Positions 1 through 8,400 of a DNA stretch of 61,782 nt are shown piece after piece (position 1 is the stretch's first letter; every line of letters starts with the position of its first letter). Both the position numbers and the translations under genes were made by a program. Source of the DNA: a virus (taxonomy: Duplodnaviria > Caudoviricetes); IMG/VR virus record IMGVR_UViG_3300044922_000479, positions 1 through 61,782 of that record. One strand, given 5' to 3'. The notes under the pieces are model-generated. The model was not told where the DNA came from and did no database searches. It saw only the letters and a program-made list of their open reading frames with translations.

Positions 1-127
1 TTCACCCCAAAAGTGAAACCGGCACATCACAAATTGATAGCGAATATTTAGCGGCCGTTTTTGATAGCGTCCCGCGTGGTGGCCAAGCTTGGACATATTC
101 GCATTTTGCGGCCGAGGCGCTCCCGCT
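1..127. repeat. Terminal direct repeat, left copy (127 bp, identical to 61656-61782)
   Basis: TTCACCCCAAAAGTG...GGCGCTCCCGCT occurs at both ends and an ORF reads through the join. 127 is a common assembler k-mer, so this indicates a circular/complete contig rather than a physical end. Confidence 0.97.
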
Positions 128-596
128 CCCTCAGCCAAATAAAACAGTAATAAATGCGAGCTGTGACACAACGGCCGAAGCAGTGCGCGCCGTAGAATTA
201 GGCCGTCCCGCTGTGTATGCGGCGCCCCTAGAATCGGCCGATCAGTGGCCACAAAAAATTCACAATGTGACGTTCGCGCGCTGCCCTGCAGAATTGGCCG
301 ACAATTTTAGTTGTCAGCAGTGCGGCGGCGGCCGGCCATTGTGCGCGCGTGGTGCGCGTGATTTTGTTGTTGTTTTTGTTGCTCATGGCACCGGAAAGAA
401 AAAAGTGGGAACTAATGCGGCCGGCGGCTGCTATGCTGCGAGCGGACCGACGGCGATTCAATGGCACAACACGAGAAAAAACGGCGCTGCTAATGATGCT
501 GCAGCGCTTCGCGAATTTGTGCGGACTCTCCCGCATGGTTCTTTTTTGCGCCACCATATCGCCGGCGATTGTGGGCGGGAATTGGGGGCCCCGTGA
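3..596 (+). CDS. 3' part of a 234-aa Cys-rich early protein that starts at 61547 and crosses the join (GP88/DUF7227-like)
   Basis: Frame is open from ATG 61547 through the overlap to the stop at 596. Motifs SANSKTGPI, TCPTSC, WTYSH, CPA..SCQQC..LC, HGTGKK, GCYA, RHHIAGD. Confidence 0.8.
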   Translation, partial: HPKSETGTSQIDSEYLAAVFDSVPRGGQAWTYSHFAAEALPLPQPNKTVINASCDTTAEAVRAVELGRPAVYAAPLESADQWPQKIHNVTFARCPAELADNFSCQQCGGGRPLCARGARDFVVVFVAHGTGKKKVGTNAAGGCYAASGPTAIQWHNTRKNGAANDAAALREFVRTLPHGSFLRHHIAGDCGRELGAP

Positions 597-703
597 TAAT
601 TGGAATAATCGTAATTTTGGTTTTGATATGGTGGTTTTTGGATAATTATGGATAACCCCTAGAAAATAAATTGTAAAAACGTAAAGAAAACGTAAAAATG
701 CAC

Positions 704-757
704 TACAATTCAAGCACTGGCAAAAACAGCCGGTTTTTATCAACTCAGAAAGGATAG
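704..757 (+). promoter_or_regulatory. Early promoter -10 plus RBS
   Basis: TACAAT at 704-709 followed by TCAAGCACTGG (same as after the -10 at 3142); AGAAAGGATAG at 747-757. Confidence 0.6.
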
Positions 758-761
758 CGTA

Positions 762-1718
762 ATGGCCCACATGATCGACACAACAACAGGAACAGCAGCA
801 ATAGCTTATTCAGGGTTAGCCCCTTGGCATAAGTTAGGGCAGCAATTAACAGCAGGCGCGACAATTCAGGAATGGACACAGCAAGCCGGCTTAGCTTATG
901 ACGTATTAGAAAGCCCCGTTTTATTTAACACACCGGCCACCAGTGCCCCCCAAGCTTGGCCAGATAGAAAGGTTTTGCATAGAAGCGATACAGGCGCGCC
1001 CTTGGCTGTAGTTTCACAAGGTTATAACGTGGTGCAGCCCTCGGAAGTTATGGGGTTTTTTAGTAAGTTGGTAGACCTTGGCGGGTTCACAATGGAAACT
1101 GCGGGCGCGCTAAGTTACGGCCGGAGGGTTTGGGCACTGGCTAAAGTGAGCGAAGGGGCCGACATTGTAGAAGGCGACACAGTGCGCCCTTATGTTTTGC
1201 TTGGCACGTCATACGATGGAACCATGGCCACAATAGCCAAGTTCACCAGTGTGCGCGTGGTATGCAATAACACCATCACTGCAGCAGTGAATAACAGTGA
1301 ATCGCAAATTAGGGTTTTGCATTCTGAGCGCTTTAACGCGGACGACGTCCGGCTTCAACTTGGCATTGTCGCGAACCAGTGGGAGCGCTTTCTAGTGCAA
1401 TCCCGCAAATTGGCGGGCGAAAAAATGACCAGTGAAGAGGCCGATTCATTCGTGACTGAATTATTGAAGCCCTATCACACCGGCAAAATTGAAATTAAAG
1501 ATAGCCGAGCATTTAAGCGAATCATTGAATTATTCAACGGGCGCGCTATCGGTTCCGATATTCAGGGCGTGGCCGGCACGCGGTGGGCGGCCTTAAATGC
1601 GGTCACTGAATTAGTTGATCATGAGCGCGGGCGCTCAGATAACACGCGCATGGAATCGGCTTGGTTTGGAACGGGAGCAGCGCTTAAGAATAGGGCCTTA
1701 GAATTGCTCTCGGCTTAA
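762..1718 (+). CDS. DUF932 / TIGR03299-like phage-plasmid protein
   Basis: PWHKLG, YNVVQP, METAGAL..GRRVW, SYDGT, RVVCNNT, GTRWAALNAVTE..DH, WFGTG motifs; strong RBS. Confidence 0.88.
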   Translation: MAHMIDTTTGTAAIAYSGLAPWHKLGQQLTAGATIQEWTQQAGLAYDVLESPVLFNTPATSAPQAWPDRKVLHRSDTGAPLAVVSQGYNVVQPSEVMGFFSKLVDLGGFTMETAGALSYGRRVWALAKVSEGADIVEGDTVRPYVLLGTSYDGTMATIAKFTSVRVVCNNTITAAVNNSESQIRVLHSERFNADDVRLQLGIVANQWERFLVQSRKLAGEKMTSEEADSFVTELLKPYHTGKIEIKDSRAFKRIIELFNGRAIGSDIQGVAGTRWAALNAVTELVDHERGRSDNTRMESAWFGTGAALKNRALELLSA

Positions 1719-1813
1719 CCATAAAACGGGAGGGGCGATATTATATCGCTTTTCCCTCTGTAGGGTTATGCAAAAAATGCATAAAGTGGCCGGTAAAGTA
1801 AACCCTATAAACT

Positions 1814-1925
1814 AGGCCCTTGGCCCCTCGCGCTCGCCGTCCTAATCGTGGCCCTTGGCCCGCGTCGCTTGCGTCGCGGGCCTTGGTTTTTGTTCTTTGG
1901 GCCTTGGCCCATGGCCCGCGGGGTT
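1814..1925. repeat. Degenerate 7-bp-period tandem array (consensus near TGGCCCT)
   Basis: 16 in-phase heptamers, e.g. AGGCCCT TGGCCCC ... TGGCCCT TGGCCCG ... CGGGCCT ... TGGGCCT TGGCCCA TGGCCCG. Confidence 0.75.
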
Positions 1926-1970
1926 TTTCGCTCTGCTGCCTGTTTTGTTTTTTGATTTTTTCCCTTGTTA

Positions 1971-1999
1971 GGTGGTGGCGGGGGTGGGTGGGCCCGCTG
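1971..1999. repeat. 29-bp G-rich direct repeat, copy 1
   Basis: GGTGGTGGCGGGGGTGGGTGGGCCCGCTG, identical at 3712-3740. Confidence 0.95.
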
Positions 2000-2019
2000 A
2001 TCTTTTTTTGTTTTATTTG

Positions 2020-2071
2020 TTGCAAATTGCTGGCGCAGTGCTATAATTCAGTCTCAACTTAGAAAGGATAG
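2020..2071 (+). promoter_or_regulatory. Sigma70-like early promoter plus RBS
   Basis: TTGCAA 2020-2025, 16-bp spacer, TG-C-TATAAT 2042-2047; AGAAAGGATAG 2061-2071. Confidence 0.75.
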
Positions 2072-2075
2072 AGAG

Positions 2076-2576
2076 ATGACAAACGATCAATTACAGCAAT
2101 TTGCCGATGGCCTAATAAAACAGTATCGGTATGAAATTGTCCGCGATGGTGACTGGTGGCACGGGACCGATGAATATTCGTTCAATATCCACTGCCCCGA
2201 TGATGATGGATGGTTCAGGATCAATGTTTATAAAGTTGACCCAGTTACGGGCATGGACAATTGTGATCATTGGATTGACTTAGCCCCTGTTCACTTGGGT
2301 GACCACAATCCTGACTGCATTATTCAAATGAGGCATGACCTGATCAAACTGGGTTACGCGATCCCCGCATCTAAAACGTTCAGCAATTACGATACTTTGG
2401 ATGATCGCCTTTTCGTTACTGCCGAAGAATTGGAAGGCGCAACATTTGGCGACGATCCCGCTGATCCCGACGATCACCCGTTTTGCTTTCTTCAATTGAA
2501 AGACGGCCGGTCCCTGTATTTTGTAGGGGCGGATTTAGACTTTATTTATAAATTAAAGATTGTACAAACAGAGTAA
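2076..2576 (+). CDS. Acidic early hypothetical protein
   Basis: 166 aa, Asp-rich, has its own promoter and RBS. Confidence 0.8.
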   Translation: MTNDQLQQFADGLIKQYRYEIVRDGDWWHGTDEYSFNIHCPDDDGWFRINVYKVDPVTGMDNCDHWIDLAPVHLGDHNPDCIIQMRHDLIKLGYAIPASKTFSNYDTLDDRLFVTAEELEGATFGDDPADPDDHPFCFLQLKDGRSLYFVGADLDFIYKLKIVQTE

Positions 2577-2581
2577 AACAG

Positions 2582-2636
2582 TGCTATAATTCAACTGTCT
2601 AATCGGCCGATTAGATACAACCTAGAAAGAAGAGAG
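2582..2636 (+). promoter_or_regulatory. Early promoter, leader palindrome and RBS
   Basis: TG-C-TATAAT 2582-2590; perfect palindrome TCTAATCGGCCGATTAGA 2598-2615; AGAAAGAAGAGAG from 2624. Confidence 0.72.
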
Positions 2637-2642
2637 AACGCA

Positions 2643-3134
2643 ATGACAAACCCAGTAACACCCTTCCGCAATGACATGTTCGGTTCACGTGGCATGGACA
2701 TTCAAGAAGCATTGAATTATTGTGAAACCCTGATCAATACTTTAAGCCAGTCTGATCAGATCGGCATGCGCACTGCATTTGGTGTTCTATTGAACACCAT
2801 TGAAAAAGCAGTGACCCAGTCACAGGGCCCGAGCCCCGAAAGAATCGCAGTGACCCAACTGATCAGTTCCATTATCAATGAGCAATTGAATGTCACGATG
2901 AATGACGTGGATGAACAGATTAGCAACTGGATGAACAGTAATCTAAAAGAGCGGATCATGGACATCATGGCCGACGACGACATCGATGACCAGATCAGCA
3001 ATTGGATGTCAAACAATTTCGACATCACAGATTACAACGTGGATGACGCAATAGAGTCATGGGCCGATAACAACCTAGACGAAAAGATTCAAGACGCAAT
3101 AAGTAATATTGAATTTAGTGTCACAGTTAAATAA
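2643..3134 (+). CDS. Acidic early protein with internal repeats
   Basis: 163 aa with three DxxIxxWxxxN repeats in a very acidic C-terminal half. Confidence 0.82.
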   Translation: MTNPVTPFRNDMFGSRGMDIQEALNYCETLINTLSQSDQIGMRTAFGVLLNTIEKAVTQSQGPSPERIAVTQLISSIINEQLNVTMNDVDEQISNWMNSNLKERIMDIMADDDIDDQISNWMSNNFDITDYNVDDAIESWADNNLDEKIQDAISNIEFSVTVK

Positions 3135-3138
3135 TCCG

Positions 3139-3195
3139 TGATATAATTCAAGCACTGGACCAGCCGGTCCAGTGAAACCTTAAGAAAGAAGAGAG
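3139..3195 (+). promoter_or_regulatory. Early promoter, leader hairpin and RBS
   Basis: TG-A-TATAAT 3139-3147; CACTGGACC-AGCC-GGTCCAGTG 3153-3174; AGAAAGAAGAGAG from 3183. Confidence 0.72.
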
Positions 3196-3198
3196 ATC

Positions 3199-3516
3199 AT
3201 GAAATCAGTAAAGACAATCGTAATCGACAATAATCGTTTTGCATTACCTGACGGAATGTCAGCCAAAGACATTCAGTCACTGGCCGGATTCCTCTGCTCA
3301 CTGACAACCTTGGGCACTGAATACAATTACGACGCAAGCGAATACGTTTACTATGACAATGGCGGTGTAAGCATTCGGGTCAGTGAGTGCGAAGTACTGG
3401 CCAAGGCCGAGGCCCGTGATCTGGGTGACCAGAGTCGCGAACGCTATCAGGCCAGACGCGACGCAGAAGAAAGAGCAAAGGCCGGTGACCTAGTCGGCCT
3501 ACACGTGAACCAGTAA
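3199..3516 (+). CDS. Early hypothetical protein
   Basis: 105 aa ORF with promoter, RBS and a downstream terminator. Confidence 0.8.
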   Translation: MKSVKTIVIDNNRFALPDGMSAKDIQSLAGFLCSLTTLGTEYNYDASEYVYYDNGGVSIRVSECEVLAKAEARDLGDQSRERYQARRDAEERAKAGDLVGLHVNQ

Positions 3517-3523
3517 GCGCTGG

Positions 3524-3551
3524 TCTAGGTTGTATGTACATACAACCTAGA
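3524..3551. repeat. Perfect 28-bp palindrome
   Basis: TCTAGGTTGTATGT|ACATACAACCTAGA. Confidence 0.93.
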
Positions 3552-3564
3552 AATCACAAACCCG

Positions 3565-3594
3565 AAGGCAGCCGAAGTGGCTGCCTTTTTTATT
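3565..3594 (+). terminator. Rho-independent terminator ending the early region
   Basis: AAGGCAGCC-GAAGT-GGCTGCC followed by TTTTTT. Confidence 0.85.
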
Positions 3595-3598
3595 GGCC

Positions 3599-3646
3599 GA
3601 TACTCTACCCTACAGGGTAGAGTATCACAGGGCCCATGGGCCCTGT
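3599..3646. repeat. Two abutting inverted repeats
   Basis: GATACTCTACCCT-AC-AGGGTAGAGTATC (3599-3626) and perfect palindrome ACAGGGCCCATGGGCCCTGT (3627-3646). Confidence 0.93.
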
Positions 3647-3711
3647 AGCCTTACCATACTATCCTTACGCGCGCCTTACGCTTCTCTCTTTTCTTTTATT
3701 TCTTCCCTCAT

Positions 3712-3740
3712 GGTGGTGGCGGGGGTGGGTGGGCCCGCTG
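3712..3740. repeat. 29-bp G-rich direct repeat, copy 2
   Basis: Identical to 1971-1999. Confidence 0.95.
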
Positions 3741-3936
3741 TTACCTCTTGTCTGCGTATAGGGATGACTTTAGTTAGAGGGGGAGGGCCATAAACAGCCC
3801 GTCAAGCGCAGCCGAAACCTTCGCCCTGTTTCTGCCAAATTTCAAAGCTTTTTAAACTTGGCCTCCCCAAAAGACCCCCCTTGTTGTTTTAAATGCAATC
3901 AGGGGTTATATTTATGCAAATTTCAAAACGTGGCCC

Positions 3937-5406
3937 ATGATCCCTACAAAACCAGACGATGTCCAAGAAGAACAGCTACGCCTAGAGCTACGCTTAAAAC
4001 TCTTAGAGGCACAGGAGCGTGCAACCACTGACTTCCTGTCTTTCTGCCAGTACGTCTGGCCCGAGATGCTTGTCGGGGAGCACCACAAACGAATCGCCAA
4101 AGCCCTTGACCGTGTCATTTCTGGCGAGTGCAAACGCCTGATGATCGCGATGCCTCCCCGTCATGGTAAGTCCCAGCTTGGGAGTTATCTGTTTCCAGCA
4201 TATCTGATGGGCCGCAACCCTGACACCAAACTCATTGTCGGCTCCCACACCGCGGAGCTTGCTCAACGCTTCGGTAGGATGATCCGTAACCTTGTCGATG
4301 ACGAGAAGTACAAAGAGTTGTTTCCAAAAATGGCCCTGTCCGTGGACAGTAAAGCGGCGGGAAGATGGAACACGGCCCAAGGCGGTGAAGCGTTCTTCAT
4401 TGGTAAGGGCGGTGCGATGACGGGCCGTGGTGGTAATGTTGTCGTGCTGGATGATATTTTGGACGAGCAGGATGCTGTGTCTGAAACTGCGATGGAGAAC
4501 ACGTGGGAGTGGTACACGTCCGGTCCTCGCCAGCGTCTGCAGCCGGGCGGCGCGATCATCGTAATTAATACGCGTTGGAAGACAGACGATCTGTCTGGCC
4601 GCTTGCTCAAGCAGCAAGGCTATTTAAAGTCTGACCAGTGGGAGGTCTTGGAGTTTCCTGCTATTCTGCCGTCCGGTAAACCTTTGTGGCCTGATTATTG
4701 GAGCCTTGATGAGTTAGAAAAGGTGAAGGTTTCCATTGGCCTGAAGAAATGGAACGCCCAGTGGCAGCAGCAGCCAACGAATGATGAGGGTGCGATTCTG
4801 AAGCGTAACTGGTGGCGCAAGTGGAAATACGATGATCCACCAGAGTGTGAGTATCTGATTCAGGTGTACGATACGGCGTACTCAAAAAAAGAGACTGCTG
4901 ACTTTTCTGTCATCTCAACGTGGGGCGTGTTCTATCCTGATGCGGACTCGGGTGCGAATCTGATGCTCTTGAACGTGCGCAAAGGCCGGTGGGACTTTCC
5001 TGAACTCAAACGGATGGCCAAAGATGAATACATGTATTGGCAGCCTGATAATGTTTTGATTGAAGCCAAGGCTACCGGCACACCGCTGCAGCAGGAACTA
5101 CGGAAGATGGGCATTCCTGTCACAATGTTCTCGCCCGGTGGTCGTAAGTCAGGACAAGATAAGGTCAGCCGCGCCAATGCTGTTGCTCCGCTCTTAGAGT
5201 CCGGCATGATCTGGTACCCTGAAGGTAAGGAGTGGGCCGAGGACCTTGTAGAGGAATGCGCGGCTTTTCCTAATGGGAACAATGACGACCAAGTGGATAC
5301 CGCGGTGATGGCTTGGACGAGATTTAGGGCGGGCAACTTTATTGCGTTGGAGTCTGACGATAACGAAGAGACAGAGCCCGACACAAGCCCTGTTGAGTAT
5401 TATTGA
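3937..5406 (+). CDS. terL: Terminase large subunit
   Basis: Walker A MPPRHGKS, Walker B VVLDD, NTRW coupling motif, RNase H-like nuclease YDTA...IEAKATG...DDQVD. Confidence 0.96.
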   Translation: MIPTKPDDVQEEQLRLELRLKLLEAQERATTDFLSFCQYVWPEMLVGEHHKRIAKALDRVISGECKRLMIAMPPRHGKSQLGSYLFPAYLMGRNPDTKLIVGSHTAELAQRFGRMIRNLVDDEKYKELFPKMALSVDSKAAGRWNTAQGGEAFFIGKGGAMTGRGGNVVVLDDILDEQDAVSETAMENTWEWYTSGPRQRLQPGGAIIVINTRWKTDDLSGRLLKQQGYLKSDQWEVLEFPAILPSGKPLWPDYWSLDELEKVKVSIGLKKWNAQWQQQPTNDEGAILKRNWWRKWKYDDPPECEYLIQVYDTAYSKKETADFSVISTWGVFYPDADSGANLMLLNVRKGRWDFPELKRMAKDEYMYWQPDNVLIEAKATGTPLQQELRKMGIPVTMFSPGGRKSGQDKVSRANAVAPLLESGMIWYPEGKEWAEDLVEECAAFPNGNNDDQVDTAVMAWTRFRAGNFIALESDDNEETEPDTSPVEYY

Positions 5407-5452
5407 AATGCCGCATAAAATGTCTTGAATATTTGATCAAGGACCTCGGACC

Positions 5453-8400
5453 ATGGCCGCTCAAAGCAATGCACCACAGACTTTTGAAGAGATAGTTGCT
5501 GCTGTTAAGCAAGCGGAGAGCCGCGGCAAGCGTTACAAGGATGACGGTAAAACTCTGACCACTAGTCCTAAGGGTGCCCTTGGTGAAATGCAGGTCATGC
5601 CCAAGACCATTACAGATCCCGGCTTTGGCGTTACCCCTGCAAAATCATCATCTCCTGACGAAATTGCAAGGGTTGGTCGGGATTACTTGCAGGCCATGCT
5701 TAGCAAGTACGGCGATACAGAAAAAGCTTTGGTTGCTTATAACTGGGGCCCCGGCGCTACAGATAAATGGTTAGCTTCTGGCGCAAAGCCTGAGGCCCTG
5801 CCAGCGGAAACCAGAACGTATGTTCAGCGCGTCAAGGGACTTTTGGGCAAGGATGTTCCACGTGAAACAATGGCAAAGAAGGAACGTGAACCGTTGCCCC
5901 CGTCCCTGCCTCCCATGGCCCAAGCAGAACCAAAAGCGGCAACAGTAGCAATGGCCAGATCAACCGCAAGCGGCAAGAACTTGCCGGACATCAAATCTTT
6001 GCCGCCCAGTTATCAGGCTGCTTTTGCTTTAGCGGCTTTGGCTGATGCGCAGGACGAAGAGGATGATCGGGTTTTTAACGAAAACAAACAGACAGAAACG
6101 GAAACCTTTTTTGCCAGCTACAAGCCTGTCAATAAGTTAGCCTCTCTTGATTTAAGCGTTGAGCCTGTGATGATGGCGGACGGTGGTGAGGTAACGGAGC
6201 GCAAGGACGAGCCGTTTTTTGATGCGGCGTCGAGAACTTTTGTAGATGTTATGACGGGCCGCCGCACACCTATTACTGAAAAAGATTTCACGGCCAAGGA
6301 ACAGATGGCGATGATGGATGCTGTCAGGCGTAGTCAAGCCAGAGGCGGCAAGGGCCGCGTGGATTACGAAGATTATCCGTCTGGCAAGGACATCGGTCCG
6401 GGGTACGTGGACATTAGGAATACGCTAGGTGGTTTCCAATACAAGCAAAGCCCTGATGGCGCTACCATTATTTCTGACAGGTACGATTTCCACGGCCCGC
6501 GGGTCGCGGAATACGAGAAGATGGGCAGTGGCGAGAAGGTTTTGAAGTCTGCGAAGAATGCTTTGACGGAATTTGTGACCAAGGGTTTTAGCCCTAGGGA
6601 TTTGGCTGGGGAATTGGGCAGAGCGTATGTGGGCAGTAAGGGCCCAGAAGTCAATATTCGCATTCCTGTCAATCGTGCAGAGGGGAGTCCTGAAGAAGGT
6701 GAGCGTTTAACCCCGCAGCAGATTGAAAGAATCGCGGAGCGTGATGCAGCAGAGCGTGAAGCGGCAAGTAATGCTGCTTTTATTGCGCAGAAGTCTGGTA
6801 TTGGTCGCAAGGCGGGCAATATTTCCAATGCTTTGAACACTGGCACAGCCTACCCAGCGATTGTGGCGGGCATCAATGATGTGCCCTACGATCTTGCTGG
6901 TTTGCCTGTTGACTTGACAACCATGGCGATGCGTCCTTTTGGCTATAGCAACCAGAAGCCAATGCTGGGTAGCGAGTACCTGAAGGAAAAGGCGACGGAA
7001 GCCGGCATTCGCAAGCCCATGACCGAGGACCCAACACTCAAAGGTTTCCATTACCTTGGTGAGTTTGGCGCAGGAATGATGGCTCCCGGCAAGATCATTG
7101 AAGGTGCACAGGCTTTGAAGGTCGCAGCAAAGGATGCGTTGGCTGGTTTTAAAGCAGGCAGAGCCGAGAAGCCCGGAATGACGGACTTGATGACGGGTCA
7201 GCGCGTAGAAGCACCAACAAGAACGGCTGCTCAAGAAGAAGCCGAGCAGCGCGCTATTAATGCGGTGTTTGATAACATTGAAGGCGTCAATCAACAACAG
7301 ATTGCAGCGGACGTAGCGGCGGGAAGACTGCCACAATCTCTTGCTCCAAGGCCCGCGTTACTTCAAGCAGAACAAAACATTGCCAGATTACCCGCAAATG
7401 CGCAAGAACAGTTACGTTTGTTTGAAGAAACCGCACGGGCTCGTCCTTTTGCAATCAGGCGTCAAGGCCCTGCACCAGAGATAGTACAGCCACCGCCCAC
7501 CACGGTTGCAATTACACAGCCTGCAACGCAGTTGCCACCACCTCCACCTTTTGTTGCACCTCCCGTAAGTGCGGAGTTCCCTTTTGTTGGACGCTTAGAC
7601 GAATTTGCAGCGGGCATGAAGGGTCCTGCACAGAAGGAGCAGTTGATCAATCAGGTTAAGGGCAAGTTCCGTGAGCAGGATGTTGCGCGCCTTGAAGAAG
7701 CGTTGGCTGGATTGGGGCCAAAAGATAAAGTAACGCCAGCCCTGTTGCAACAAGCGTTGGCAAATACGTACTCGCCAAGCCGTTATCGCGCGGCGGAGAT
7801 ACCTACAACAGGTTCTATGTATGACGCTTCAGATAACGTTTTCTACCCAGACAAAAAGATAACAGGGTCAATGAATTTGTATTTAAAAGAAACGCCTGAA
7901 ATGTTGGCCAGTATGGAGGAGGTGGCAGGGCTTAAAAAAGGAATAAGCGATGTTCTTTATGGCACAGCTAATCCTGAAAAAATTAAAAATTTAAATGCGG
8001 TTATAGAAAACAGCCCACTTGCCGCAACGATACCGGAGTTGGGCGTGATGAAGCAACGCTTTGAAAATGCTCTTCCTGCAATTACAAAGTTTAGCAAAAT
8101 GCAAGACGAGGTAAGTGATATCCGAAACTTGCTTCTTTTCCCAATTTCATACAGAAAAGAAGGCTTTGATTATTTTGGGGAACTTGATCGTCGAGTAGCG
8201 CTTGCAACAGAAGGGATGCCTTCTGGTTTTGCAAGACAAATAGCGCAAAATAATTTAAGAATAACGGAAGAGCCAAAACTGGTACAGGAGTTGATGCAAA
8301 AAGGGTCCGATAAATTAGTGGCTCTTGGTGGTGACCCAATAGATGTCACTGCGTTTATGCAAAGAAATGGGCTACTTGACGCCCCAGTAATGCAAGAGAA

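Noticed and set aside
1-127. 127-bp repeat as a biological terminal repeat
   Set aside because: It falls mid-gene and matches a common assembler k-mer length, so assembly overlap is the better explanation.
1741-2062. ORFs 1741-2025(-) and 1820-2062(+)
   Set aside because: They are translations of the heptamer array and T/G tracts, lack an RBS and overlap a promoter.
3593-3793. 66-aa ORF upstream of terL
   Set aside because: It runs through palindromes and the G-rich repeat and has no RBS.
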